DNA of 61,700 bases from Methanobacteriota archaeon (lineage in GTDB: Archaea > Thermoplasmatota > Thermoplasmata > RBG-16-68-12): the NCBI GenBank assembly GCA_020029475.1, contig JAIBJG010000013.1:1-61700 (forward strand), in the 5' to 3' direction. The notes under the pieces are model-generated. The model made no database searches, was not told the origin of the DNA, and saw nothing but the letters and a program-made list of their open reading frames with translations. Below, piece after piece: positions 27,059 to 36,240 of the stretch. Numbering within the stretch: the stretch's first letter is position 1; each line of letters opens with the position of its first letter. The translations under genes were made by a program, and so were the position numbers.

Positions 27059-28167
27059 GTCGCCGCCTTCACCTTCGATGAGGCGAGTTCGTAAAGCTCT
27101 TTCGCCCGCACCTCCGTGCGGGCCTCCGCGGTGATCCGGACCTTGGGCTCCGTCCCGGAGACCCGGACGAGGAACCAGCCGTCCTCGAAGCCCAGCCGCC
27201 ATCCGTCCACGGTCTCGAGCTTCCCGTCGATCTGCCGCAGCGCCGCGTCGAGCTTCGCGACGACGGACTCACGCTCCGCGGTGGGGAACGGGACCCCACC
27301 CCGGAGGATCGGGAACTGGGGGACCTGGGCGACGAGCTCGGAGAGCGAGGTCTCCTTCACGATCGAGACGAGGTGGGCGGCCGCGTACACGCCGTCCGGG
27401 CACATCGTGACCCGCGGGAACAGCCACGTCCCGGAGGGTTCCCCGCCGAAGTCCGCCTTCCGCCGGCGGACCTCCTGCGCGACGTACACGTCCCCGACCC
27501 GCGTGCGGTACACCTTCGCCCTCGGGAGCATCTCGTCGATCGCCATCGAGGTGTCCACGGGGACGACCACGGATTTCTTCACCTCCCGCCTCGCGAACAC
27601 CGCCAGGAGCTTGTCCCCGCCGACGAACTGCCCCTTCTCGTCCACCGCGACCATCCGGTCCCCGTCCCCGTCGTGCGCGATCCCGATGTCCGCCTCGAGC
27701 GCGCGGACGGTCCTGCGGAGGAGCTCGAGGTTCTCTTCCGTGGGCTCCGGGTCCCTCCCGGGGAAGTGCCCGTCCGGCTCGGCGTTCAGAGCGGTGACCT
27801 TGCACCCCATCCCCTTCAGGACGGCGGGGGTGATCTCGGACGTCGCGCCGCTCCCGCAGTCCACGACGACTTTGAGGGCCGCGTGGCCCACGACGGCGAG
27901 GATCGATTCCTTGTGGAGCTCCGCGAGGTCCCCGCGCGTATGGCGGGTCCCGACCTTGTTCCATGCTGCGTGGGCGAACGACTTCCGTTCGAGGGTGAGG
28001 CGGGGGTCGCGACCCACGATCGCGGACCCGTGCACGGAGCCCAGGACCCGGCCCACCGCCATCGCGAGGTCGGCCGTCACGTCCACGTTCGCAATCCCCC
28101 TGATCCCCGAGGAACCGAACAGCCGCACGCCGGGTCTATCCGCCCCGCTCTCAAAACCCTTGCCCAC
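27055..28167 (-). CDS. Phosphohexomutase-family protein (GlmM/PMM-like) lacking the phosphoserine loop
   Basis: DGDGDR metal loop, GGEPSG sugar loop and RVSGTEPKVRI phosphate loop are present. No T/SASHNP loop is found anywhere. The protein is 370 aa versus the roughly 450 aa typical of the family. Confidence 0.75.
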   Translation of the reverse strand: MGKGFESGADRPGVRLFGSSGIRGIANVDVTADLAMAVGRVLGSVHGSAIVGRDPRLTLERKSFAHAAWNKVGTRHTRGDLAELHKESILAVVGHAALKVVVDCGSGATSEITPAVLKGMGCKVTALNAEPDGHFPGRDPEPTEENLELLRRTVRALEADIGIAHDGDGDRMVAVDEKGQFVGGDKLLAVFARREVKKSVVVPVDTSMAIDEMLPRAKVYRTRVGDVYVAQEVRRRKADFGGEPSGTWLFPRVTMCPDGVYAAAHLVSIVKETSLSELVAQVPQFPILRGGVPFPTAERESVVAKLDAALRQIDGKLETVDGWRLGFEDGWFLVRVSGTEPKVRITAEARTEVRAKELYELASSKVKAAT

Positions 28168-28276
28168 CGGAGCGCGGGCGCGCTCGTTGCCGGATCCGCG
28201 ACTCGCCTCCGAATCGTTAAATAGGAACCCTCAAATGCATCGCCATCCCCGGTCGAGGACCCGCGGAGGCGTTCAC

Positions 28277-28501
28277 ATGGTGATGGAACCGATCAGCGTC
28301 GAGGCCGCGAAGGAGAAGGCCCGCAAGGCGGGGCTCAAGCCCGGACGGGTGAAGGGGACGGACGGCGCGATCCAGTTCACGAAGGGGCGGAACGGCCGCA
28401 TCGAGATCATCAGCTGGGAGGAGTTCACGGACGTCCTCCTGAAGAGGAACCTCCACGTCTGCGAGTCGAACGGGTTCCTCAAGATCATGAAGAAAGCGTA
28501 G
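28277..28501 (+). CDS. Hypothetical 74-aa Lys-rich protein
   Basis: MVMEPISVEAAKEKARKAGLKPGRVKGTDGAIQFTKGRNGRIEIISWEEFTDVLLKRNLHVCESNGFLKIMKKA. Natural composition. An AT-rich GTTAAATAGG lies upstream at about 28215. Confidence 0.5.
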   Translation: MVMEPISVEAAKEKARKAGLKPGRVKGTDGAIQFTKGRNGRIEIISWEEFTDVLLKRNLHVCESNGFLKIMKKA

Positions 28502-28677
28502 GCGGCGGAACGTTCCCCGTCGTCGCCTAGCTGCAGCACGGGCACGCCTTCCACTCCGGGGCGAGTCCCGCACCGCACCTTGACCACGATTCCCTCCATG
28601 CCGGGGGTGGGAATAGAGTTCGCACGGAATCCCCACCGCAACGTTCTTGCAGACCCCGCGCATGGAGCGCCACCCGT

Positions 28678-28762
28678 GCGGCGGTAGCCAAGCCCGGTCA
28701 AAGGCGTCAGATTCAGGGTCTGATCTCGCAGGGGTTCCCAGGTTCAAATCCTGGCCGCCGCA
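28678..28762 (+). tRNA. tRNA-Leu (anticodon CAG), class II with long variable arm
   Basis: Hand-folded: acceptor GCGGCGG/CCGCCGC, anticodon stem TCAGA/TCTGA with loop TTCAGGG (CAG), 14-nt variable arm, T-arm CCAGG-TTCAAAT-CCTGG, discriminator A. CCA is not encoded. Confidence 0.9.
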
Positions 28763-28768
28763 TTCCTC

Positions 28769-30115
28769 TCACCGGGGCCCGTTCCGGAGCCCACGGACGG
28801 CGCCTACGGGCTCCCGCTCCTTCTTCCGCCCAAGGACGAAGAACCGCACCATCAGGAGGACGGCGAGGGCGATCAGGCCGAGGGACAGGAAGAACAATCC
28901 CTGGAGGGCGCCTCCGATCGCGTTGCGGACCTCGTCGACGGACGGGTTTGGCGGGAGCGAGGACGCGTACACCGCGATGATCACGAGCCCGCTGAGTTCC
29001 GCGACGAAGAACCCGAACCCGAGGGCGAAGGAGTACAGGCCCATCGTCGCCCCGTACTTCGTCTGCGGGGCGGTGTCCGCCATCAAGGCGAGGGCGGACG
29101 GGACGAACGCGCCCGACCCCAGGGCGAGGAGTCCGACGGGGGCGAGGTACAGGGGCTCGCGCGCGAGGATACGCTCCCAGAACAGGGCCGCCATCAGGAT
29201 CACGCCGAGGATGCTCAGGATCCCGTAGAACATCACGGGCACCCGGCCGACGATGTCGGAGATCTTCCCCCAGAGGGGCTGGAGCAAGAGGAGGGCCAAG
29301 CCGACCCCGCCGAACAGGAGGGCGATGTCGAGGGCCTGGACGTTCGCCTCGTACAGGACCCGCGGCAGGTACGTGAGGGCGATCCCGAGGATCGTGGAGA
29401 TGATCAGCCACACCGGGAGGAGGACGCTGATCTCGCGCACCTTCAGGACCTCTCGGAGGTCCCGGAAGTCGAAGAGCTTTGCACGGACCGCGGTGACCTT
29501 CTCCCGGCGGACGTAGATCTGGAGGATGATCGCGGAGAGCCCGAGGAAGAAGGCGACGGGGAAGAACGTCAGGCGGACCGCGCCGAACTGGCTATACCCG
29601 AGCCCCTCGAAGAGGACGATCAGGATGCCCGCGAAGACGGCCCCGATGATGTAGCCCGCGAACGTCGAGTAATCGTAGAACCCCATCTGGCGGCCGCGGT
29701 CGTGGGGGTCCGCATAGTCCGCGATCATCGCGATCGACGGCGCGACCGTGGCGGCGGCCCCGATCCCGTGGAGCCCGTGGATCGCGGCAAGGGCGAGGGT
29801 GTCCTGGGTGAACGGGTACAGGAGGACCATGAGCATCGCCCACACGGAGCCGCTCACGATCACGCGCTTCCGGCCGAGCTTGTCGGAGACGGACCCGAAC
29901 CAGTTCGCGGTGAGCATCTCCGCGAACGGATACGGCACCGCGATGATCGCGACCTGGAGGAGCGTGTTGTACTTGAACCGCGGGTCCGGGCTCACGTAGA
30001 ACGGGAGGGTGAGGAGGACGAACCCGAAGGCGAGGCGCAGGATGAAGTTCGAGAGATACAGCACCCGGAGGTACGCGTGGGTTTTCCCGCGGCGGGTGAC
30101 GAGGCTCCGGAACAC
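28769..30115 (-). CDS. MFS transporter
   Basis: 448-aa, 12-TM-like ORF with the GSVSDKLGRKRV loop 2-3 MFS signature. GTG start. Confidence 0.85.
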   Translation of the reverse strand: MFRSLVTRRGKTHAYLRVLYLSNFILRLAFGFVLLTLPFYVSPDPRFKYNTLLQVAIIAVPYPFAEMLTANWFGSVSDKLGRKRVIVSGSVWAMLMVLLYPFTQDTLALAAIHGLHGIGAAATVAPSIAMIADYADPHDRGRQMGFYDYSTFAGYIIGAVFAGILIVLFEGLGYSQFGAVRLTFFPVAFFLGLSAIILQIYVRREKVTAVRAKLFDFRDLREVLKVREISVLLPVWLIISTILGIALTYLPRVLYEANVQALDIALLFGGVGLALLLLQPLWGKISDIVGRVPVMFYGILSILGVILMAALFWERILAREPLYLAPVGLLALGSGAFVPSALALMADTAPQTKYGATMGLYSFALGFGFFVAELSGLVIIAVYASSLPPNPSVDEVRNAIGGALQGLFFLSLGLIALAVLLMVRFFVLGRKKEREPVGAVRGLRNGPR

Positions 30116-30169
30116 TGCGGGCCGCCCATCATGGACTTTCTAGATAAGGATGGCGCGGAGGCACCCGTC

Positions 30170-31443
30170 CTACGACGTCGAACCGGGCAGGCCCAGGAGG
30201 AAAGCGCCGACGACGATGAACGCGGAGGACGCGAAGATTCCCGCCGCGAACCCGAACAGGTGTGCGACGAAGCCCCCCGTCAGCGGGCCGAGGATGGCAC
30301 CGAACCCCTGGACCGCGTTGAAGGCGCCCATCACGCCGGACCGCTCCCCGGCCGGCGCGAGCTCGGAGACGATCGTGGACCCCGCGACGTTGATCGCGGC
30401 CCAGCACAGACCGACGAGCCCGTGGAACCCGAGGATCATCGCGAACATCGCCAGGGGCCCCCCGGGGAGGAGGGGCAGGAGGAGGAAGGCAGGGAAGAGC
30501 CCGGCCCGGGCCACGGACGCGTACAGCTGCACGCGCCGCCCTCCCCGGTTCCGGATCCATCCGCCGACCTGCCCGTACGCGATCGCGGACGCGACCTGGC
30601 TCGCGAGGAAGACCGCGAAGACCTGCGGCGTGGAGAGGCCCACGACGTCCCGCAGGTACACGGGGAAGATCGCGTAGAACGCCGTGAACCCGGAGAACAG
30701 GAGGAACACGACCATGAGGTATCTCCGGAGGGCGCCGGAGTACCTCCGAGACCCGCCGACGTGGTTCCGGAGGTCGAGGAGGTGGAGGATCCGCATCGGG
30801 AGGTACCGGACGCGCTCCACCCGCCAGTGGAGGTCCACGAAGTCGAGCCGCTTCCGGTCGACCTTCTCCGGGGGCTCGCGGATCCATCGCCATGCGAGGA
30901 GGGCGGAGAGGAGGGCGAGGGCGGCCCCGATCACGAAGAGGGCCCGCATCCCGCCGGCCTCCGGGAGCGGGGCGAGGACGAGCCACGCGGCCCCGAGAAC
31001 GAGGCCCGTGATCCATCCGACGCCGCCGATTCGAGAGAAGACCGCGATGCGGGAGGCCCATCCCTCCTGCTTCGTCGTCTCCAAGATCAGGACCGTGCCG
31101 ACGGGGGCGCTCGCGGCCCCCAGGACCCCCGCGAGGAGTTCGCTAGGTAAAAGTCGGAGACGCCCCGGCTCAGCCCCATCCCAAGGAGGGATAGGGCGGT
31201 CCCGAGGAACCCCACGAGCACGAAGACCTTCCTGCGGCTGAGGCGGTCCGAGAGATTCCCCCATCCGATGAACGCGGGGACGGACGCGATGCTCGATGCG
31301 GCAGCGACGGCCCCGACATCCGCAACGGACCCGCCAAGGATCCGGGTGAACAGGGGGATCAGGGGCGAGGTCGCGCCGCCCGCCATCCCGTTCGGGAGGT
31401 ACGCGTAGAACCACTTCTGGCCGTTGCTCGAGGGTCGACCCAT
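30170..31443 (-). pseudogene. MFS transporter interrupted by a single-nt frameshift near 31135..31146
   Basis: The N-terminal 100+ aa (NLSDRLSRRKVFVLVGFLG..., ORF 31087..31464) and the remaining about 320 aa (ORF 30170..31414) are in adjacent frames. The join FYLAN|LLAGVLGAAS is restored by adding one C in AAC(C)TCC. A TATA-like box lies about 35 nt upstream of the ATG at 31443. Confidence 0.7.
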
Positions 31444-31495
31444 CCCATCCCGGGGGCGCCGCACGTCCGAGATGGATATGAACGTTTGTCGCGGC

Positions 31496-32311
31496 TCACG
31501 CCAACAGGTCGTAGACGAGCTTCGCGGCGGCGATGAACAGGACGAGGACGAAGATGAGGGCGACGGGGCGGGTGCGGAGGGCCTGCAGCCCCCAACGGGA
31601 CCCGAGGTACGCCCCCGCGAACACGACGGGGAACAGGATCGGGATCAGGACGAGCTCGGAGGGCAACGGGAACCCGCCGGACTGGAGCGCATGGCTCACG
31701 AGGTACGCCGCGAACCCCATCGTCGCGGTCGGGATGATCAGGAGGGAGGAGGTCCCGATTGCCTTCCGCGTCTTCCGGCCCAGACCGTACACGAGCAGGG
31801 GGACGTTCAGGATTCCTCCGCCGATCCCCATGCTCCCGCTGAGGAACCCGGAGCCGAGGGTCGCGGCGTTCACGGCGGCGAGCCGCGACGGGGTCAACTT
31901 CGTATCGTCGTCCCGGTCCACGTCCCGCGCGTTGCGGACCCAGTCCAGGACCATGTACGCGCCGAAGACGATGAGGACGGCGGTGAAGAACGCCTTGAAC
32001 GTCCGCTCGTCGACGAGGACGTAAATCGTGAAGAGGGTCCCGATCACCGCGCCGACGAGCGCTCCCGCCACGAGGGACCGGCCGAGGCGGAAGTCGACGA
32101 GGCCCTTCCGGTGATGGTTCAGCACGGAGGAGGCCGCGGTCGCAATCGTCAAGGTGAGGGAGATCGGGACCGCGACGTCGCTGCGCGTGACCCCCGTGGA
32201 GAGGAGGATCGGGACGAACAGGAGCCCACCCCCCATGCCCAGGTTCGAGTAGATGAACGCGACTGCGAACACGAGGGCGATCTGGAGAAGGAGGAGGACG
32301 GCGGGGTCCAC
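31496..32311 (-). CDS. TauE/SafE (TSUP) family membrane transporter
   Basis: 271 aa, polytopic, with two GMGGG/GIGGG repeats (SNLGMGGGLLFVPILL and GSMGIGGGILNVPLLV). Confidence 0.85.
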   Translation of the reverse strand: MDPAVLLLLQIALVFAVAFIYSNLGMGGGLLFVPILLSTGVTRSDVAVPISLTLTIATAASSVLNHHRKGLVDFRLGRSLVAGALVGAVIGTLFTIYVLVDERTFKAFFTAVLIVFGAYMVLDWVRNARDVDRDDDTKLTPSRLAAVNAATLGSGFLSGSMGIGGGILNVPLLVYGLGRKTRKAIGTSSLLIIPTATMGFAAYLVSHALQSGGFPLPSELVLIPILFPVVFAGAYLGSRWGLQALRTRPVALIFVLVLFIAAAKLVYDLLA

Positions 32312-32385
32312 GGCGGCGCGGATTCGGCCCGCTCAGATAAAGACTCGCGCGACCCTTTATCGAGGGCGGGGGGTTCCACGGGGCG

Positions 32386-33243
32386 ATGGTCCTCCTGGTC
32401 CGGTTCGGGGAGCTCGCCCTGAAGAGCCCGTACGTCCGGCGCCAGCTCCGGGACCGGCTCGTCGCGAACATCCAGGACCTCTTCGCCGTGGACGAAATCG
32501 AGTGCCTCACCCGGGCGGACCATGCGCGGGTCTACGTGGACGTGGACGACATCCCCGCCGCATCCTCGGCCCTGAGGCGGGTCTTCGGGATCGTGTCCTT
32601 CAGCCCCGCACGGGAGACGACGAGCGACCCCGAGGACATCGCGAAGGTGGTCCTCGAGCTCGCGAAGGACCGACTGCGGGATGGCGGGAGCTTCGCGATC
32701 CGCGCAAGGAGGTCCGGGACCCACCCGTACACGAGCCAGGACCTGGCGAAACTCCTCGGCCGGCGGATTCAGGACGCGGTACCGAAGGCGACCGTGAACC
32801 TCAACGCGCCAGAGGTCGAGATCCACGCGGAGGTGCGGGAGAACCGCGGGTTCGTGTTCACGGAGATCGTGGACGGGCCCGGAGGCCTCCCGTTGGGGAG
32901 CCAGGGTCGCGGCCTTGCCCTCGTGGACTCCGACGCGGGGATGGTCGCCGCGTGGCTCGCGATGAAGCGGGGGTGCAAGGTCACCGTCGCCGCCGCGAAC
33001 GGGACGAAGGCCCACGACGCCCTCCGGCGGTGGGACCCCCATCTCAAGGTCCTCTCCTGGGAGCGCGACGTAGACCTCCAGGAGCTCGTGCGGGTGTCCC
33101 GCTCGGAAGCCGTGTTCCTCGGCTCCCGAATCGCGGAGGTCGAATCGACGAAGCCGGCCCTCGAGGTGCCCGTCTTCCATCCCGTCGTCGGGCTCGACGA
33201 CGTCCGCCTCCGGGAGATCGCGGCTCGGATCCGGTCCGCCTGA
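32386..33243 (+). CDS. THUMP-domain ThiI-like protein with degenerate PP-loop
   Basis: ThiI-like N-terminus (LLVRFGELALKS..., THUMP region, GGLPLGSQGRGLAL). Where ThiI has SGGIDS this protein reads VDSDAG. The C-terminal domain is only about 110 aa. Confidence 0.65.
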   Translation: MVLLVRFGELALKSPYVRRQLRDRLVANIQDLFAVDEIECLTRADHARVYVDVDDIPAASSALRRVFGIVSFSPARETTSDPEDIAKVVLELAKDRLRDGGSFAIRARRSGTHPYTSQDLAKLLGRRIQDAVPKATVNLNAPEVEIHAEVRENRGFVFTEIVDGPGGLPLGSQGRGLALVDSDAGMVAAWLAMKRGCKVTVAAANGTKAHDALRRWDPHLKVLSWERDVDLQELVRVSRSEAVFLGSRIAEVESTKPALEVPVFHPVVGLDDVRLREIAARIRSA

Positions 33244-33246
33244 ACT

Positions 33247-33903
33247 CTACTTGCCCTTCCGGTCGTGGGCCCCGATGCTCGGGCGGGCCCGCTCCGCGCC
33301 CTTCCCCTTGTACATGAGGCCGCGGCCCTTCCGGCCCGCGCTCGTGAGCCCGCGGAACGCGCGCCCGCGGTGCTGGGGCTCGCAGATCCAGTTGATCTTC
33401 GGGTCGTTCTTGATCGAGGGGTGCTGCGGGTCCACGAGGATCACCTCGTAGTACTTGTGGCCGCCGTCCTCCCCGACCCAGTACGAGTTCAGGACCTCCA
33501 TGTTCGGGTGGCGCTTCGAGACCCGCTCCTCCGCCATCCGCTGGATCGACTTCCCCATCGTGATCTTGTTCATCCCGCGGCGCTTCGGGTGGCGCCCGCC
33601 CATCGGCCACGGCTTCCGCCGCCCGCCGCGGCGCACGCGGGCCCGCACGACCACGTACCCGGGCTTCGCACGGAACCCGAGCTCCCGAGCGCGGTCGATC
33701 CTCAGAGGATGTTCGACCCGCACGAAGGACGGCCCCCGGCGCCACTCGATCTGGCGGCGCCAGGCGAGCTCCTTCACGTAGGACTTCGAAGGAATCTTCC
33801 ACGCCTGCCGCACGTACCCGTACAGGTTCCGGGGCCTCTTCGGCGTCTTCTCGGCTTCCTCGCCCGTGATCGAGACGGGCTCCGTCGGCTTCTCGTCCGG
33901 CAT
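33247..33903 (-). CDS. rpl15e: 50S ribosomal protein L15e
   Basis: [12 protein letters not shown]...[17 protein letters not shown]...[10 protein letters not shown]...[12 protein letters not shown]. Start taken at the ATG at 33903. A GTG at 33942 would add 13 aa. Confidence 0.92.
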   Translation of the reverse strand: MPDEKPTEPVSITGEEAEKTPKRPRNLYGYVRQAWKIPSKSYVKELAWRRQIEWRRGPSFVRVEHPLRIDRARELGFRAKPGYVVVRARVRRGGRRKPWPMGGRHPKRRGMNKITMGKSIQRMAEERVSKRHPNMEVLNSYWVGEDGGHKYYEVILVDPQHPSIKNDPKINWICEPQHRGRAFRGLTSAGRKGRGLMYKGKGAERARPSIGAHDRKGK

Positions 33904-34103
33904 GGTGCTCACCCCTGGATTTGCGGATTCACCCGGAGGCACATCTCCCGACCAGGGTCGCCGCCCCGTGGGGCGGTAGCGGGGTCGAAGAGGGGCGGGC
34001 TATAAAGCGTTTTGGCCGCGCCCGGGTCTCCCGCCGTTTATCCATCTTGCAAACGGAAATCCATATCGGGTGGGCCGGGCCTCCGGAGGGTCGGATTCCT
34101 GCC

Positions 34104-34628
34104 ATGGCGGTCCCCGGCCTGTTCTGGATCGAGCTCGGCCTTGGCGTCGTCCTTCTCTTCCTGAGCGCGAAGGCCCACGGACGCCAGATCCGACTCGAAC
34201 GAGAGCGCGAGGGCTACATGGAGGTCGATTTCATGAAGGAGAACCCGCCGTGGGTCGAAGCCCTCTGGCGGAAGGACCGCCGGCGATACTGGGCCACGGT
34301 CCCTGTCGCGATCGCGGTCCTCCTGCTGCTCGGTGTCCCGACTCTCCCGTTGCGATTCGGGACGGAGCCCCTGGGGAACCCGATACTCGGCACGATCATC
34401 GTCGCCGGGTTCCTCTGGCCCCTAGTCGTCGCGTTCACGTCCAACGGGATTCAAAGTGCGCTTCGCCTTCGCACCGCCCTGAACCAGGGAGGACGAGATC
34501 GCCCAGAAGGACCGCCCGAACATCCGGAAAGTACCCCGTGGCGGAGAGCCGCTCGTCGTGTCACCATCTGGTACTGGGCACTAGTACTCGCGATTGGGGG
34601 TGTTGCCGTCGTTGTCGCCTTTATCTGA
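34104..34628 (+). CDS. Hypothetical membrane protein (about 4 TM)
   Basis: MAVPGLFWIELGLGVVLLFLSAK..., WATVPVAIAVLLLLGV, ILGTIIVAGFLWPLVVAF, IWYWALVLAIGGVAVVVAFI. No family recognised. Confidence 0.55.
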   Translation: MAVPGLFWIELGLGVVLLFLSAKAHGRQIRLEREREGYMEVDFMKENPPWVEALWRKDRRRYWATVPVAIAVLLLLGVPTLPLRFGTEPLGNPILGTIIVAGFLWPLVVAFTSNGIQSALRLRTALNQGGRDRPEGPPEHPESTPWRRAARRVTIWYWALVLAIGGVAVVVAFI

Positions 34629-34646
34629 CGAAGGACGGGCCGTGGC

Positions 34647-34880
34647 TCAGGTGGGACGAAAGCCGTTCAATCGGCGCTCGAAGGCGGCGAATCGGCCGTC
34701 GATGTCTGCCGCCGCGAATTCCAGCGCTTCACGAAACTCTCGTAGTCGTCCGGGGACAACTCTCTCCGCAACATCAAGAACAACGCCCGCCCGAGTGAGG
34801 AGCGCGTCAACGGTTCTTGCGACATCGAGCGCGAAATCCTCGTACGTCGCTTTAGGTCTTTTCCACTCGTCATCGTCCAA
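34647..34880 (-). CDS. Hypothetical 77-aa helical protein (TTG start only)
   Basis: The ORF follows the upstream gene after an 18-nt spacer. Codon usage is atypical for the window (AGA, CGA, GTT, CTT, TTG). There is no in-frame ATG or GTG. Confidence 0.35.
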   Translation of the reverse strand: MDDDEWKRPKATYEDFALDVARTVDALLTRAGVVLDVAERVVPGRLREFREALEFAAADIDGRFAAFERRLNGFRPT

Positions 34881-34898
34881 CTCTCTTCACGTCCGCGC

Positions 34899-35327
34899 CT
34901 AGCCCAGAGGCAATCTGGCTTGGTGCGCGCTGCCCTGCCGACTGCGCCGCGCGCGGTGGCGCGTACGGACAGGAGTCTCGTAGCTCTGGCGAATCAACGA
35001 CAGGGCGGCCTTTCCATGACCGTTCCCGACGACGTGGAATTTCGTGCGGAACCAGTTCCATCCTTGGGTCCTCGGCGAGGGCCGGGCGATCCCCGCAGGG
35101 TCCGAGAGACTCCGCCGCTCCGGGAGGATGAACACCTCTACCCGATGGCGGGTCGGCCGGATCTCCGCGAACGCCCGCTGTTGGTTCTCGCTCCGGAACG
35201 CGATCCAATTCCGGTTCACCCGCATCACGACGTGGTCGCCGCGTCCCGCCGCGACCTTCTGCAGGCTCGCAAGCCACTCGTTGATCAGTTGGCGGGGTTC
35301 CCGCCCCGCGCGCTTCCATGCCGTCAT
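34899..35327 (-). CDS. Hypothetical protein resembling DUF5655-type domains
   Basis: RVNRNWIAFRSENQQRAFAEIRPTRHRVEVFILPE...DPAGIARPSPRTQGWNWFRTKFHV resembles the pattern I recall for that family. The ATG overlaps the methyltransferase stop (ATGA). Confidence 0.5.
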   Translation of the reverse strand: MTAWKRAGREPRQLINEWLASLQKVAAGRGDHVVMRVNRNWIAFRSENQQRAFAEIRPTRHRVEVFILPERRSLSDPAGIARPSPRTQGWNWFRTKFHVVGNGHGKAALSLIRQSYETPVRTRHRARRSRQGSAHQARLPLG

Positions 35328-36118
35328 TCGAACGCTCCCTCCGACGGTCGCGCACCGGGCTTCCTCAGGATGAAGAGATACTTGAATCCCCGAAGGTAGA
35401 AGCCGAACCGCCTCGCCCGGTGTTCCCACATTGGATTCGCGGACCGGTCGTTGTGGCGGGCAACGCAGACCACATCCACGGGCTCGAAATACTTCGCGAG
35501 CATCTCGAACGTGAGGAATCCCAGGGGCGTGAACCGGCCGTGGCGGTACGCGTCGCTCGTCAGCCATCCGAGGGCATGGCGGGGCTTGAGCGTGCGGAGG
35601 AGCTCCCGCGCGATCATCTCCATCGCCTCGAGGAACTCCTCCTCGCGACAGGAGATTCTCCCCAGGCACGCGGCCTCGTCGCTGTACCGCACGTTGTCCG
35701 AATACGGCGGATCGACGAAGTGGAGGTCGACGGAGTCGTCAGGGAGCGGGAGGTGGCGGGCGTCGTTCCTCGCGATATCCGGACGGCGGGGAGCGAGATC
35801 GAAGGCGAGAACCCTGCGTCCGAGGGTGCGTGCGACATCCAAGGTTGTGCCCGATCCGGCCATTGCGTCCACGACGAGGTCCCCGGGTCGCGAGTACCGT
35901 CGCACGAGGTTCATCACGAGGGATGCGGGCGTCACCCCGTTGAACCGGTGGTCCCCGAAGTCCACGGGGCCCGGGCTCTGGGCGGGGAAATCCCAGAGCG
36001 TCGTCGCCTCGAGGTCGTAGTCGCGGAGCGCGTCCCATCCTTTCAGGACCGGGACCGCGAGGTCGCGCGGCCGGTCCATCGTCGCATTCATCGTGGGAGA
36101 GGTCCAAGGGGCGTCCAT
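35324..36118 (-). CDS. SAM-dependent methyltransferase with DPPY motif (probable N6-A/N4-C DNA methyltransferase)
   Basis: Motif I VVDAMAGSGTTLDVA, then about 45 aa later motif IV FVDPPYSDNVRY, followed by EEFLEAMEMIARELLRTLKP. The motif order I then IV is permuted relative to classic beta-class enzymes. Start taken at the ATG at 36118. Confidence 0.7.
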   Translation of the reverse strand: MDAPWTSPTMNATMDRPRDLAVPVLKGWDALRDYDLEATTLWDFPAQSPGPVDFGDHRFNGVTPASLVMNLVRRYSRPGDLVVDAMAGSGTTLDVARTLGRRVLAFDLAPRRPDIARNDARHLPLPDDSVDLHFVDPPYSDNVRYSDEAACLGRISCREEEFLEAMEMIARELLRTLKPRHALGWLTSDAYRHGRFTPLGFLTFEMLAKYFEPVDVVCVARHNDRSANPMWEHRARRFGFYLRGFKYLFILRKPGARPSEGAFE

Positions 36119-36240
36119 ACTTGGAGTCGGGCGGGGGAGGGGAGTGAAAGTGAACGACACATTTCGTTCAAGGGCGGTGAAAGTACTCGCCCTTCGTTTG
36201 GCGGGTGCAACGTTATACGCCCGGGCGGGGTAGCCGCGGC

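Noticed and set aside
28590-28677. Imperfect hairpin (GGTGGGAAT...ATCCCCACC) and possible promoter upstream of tRNA-Leu
   Set aside because: The stem has a mismatch and there is no clear TATA box at the right distance. It cannot be distinguished from chance structure.
28763-31500. Possible integrated element next to tRNA-Leu (two MFS genes, one broken)
   Set aside because: No integrase, and no direct repeat of the tRNA 3' end was seen downstream. The GC and codon style looks native.
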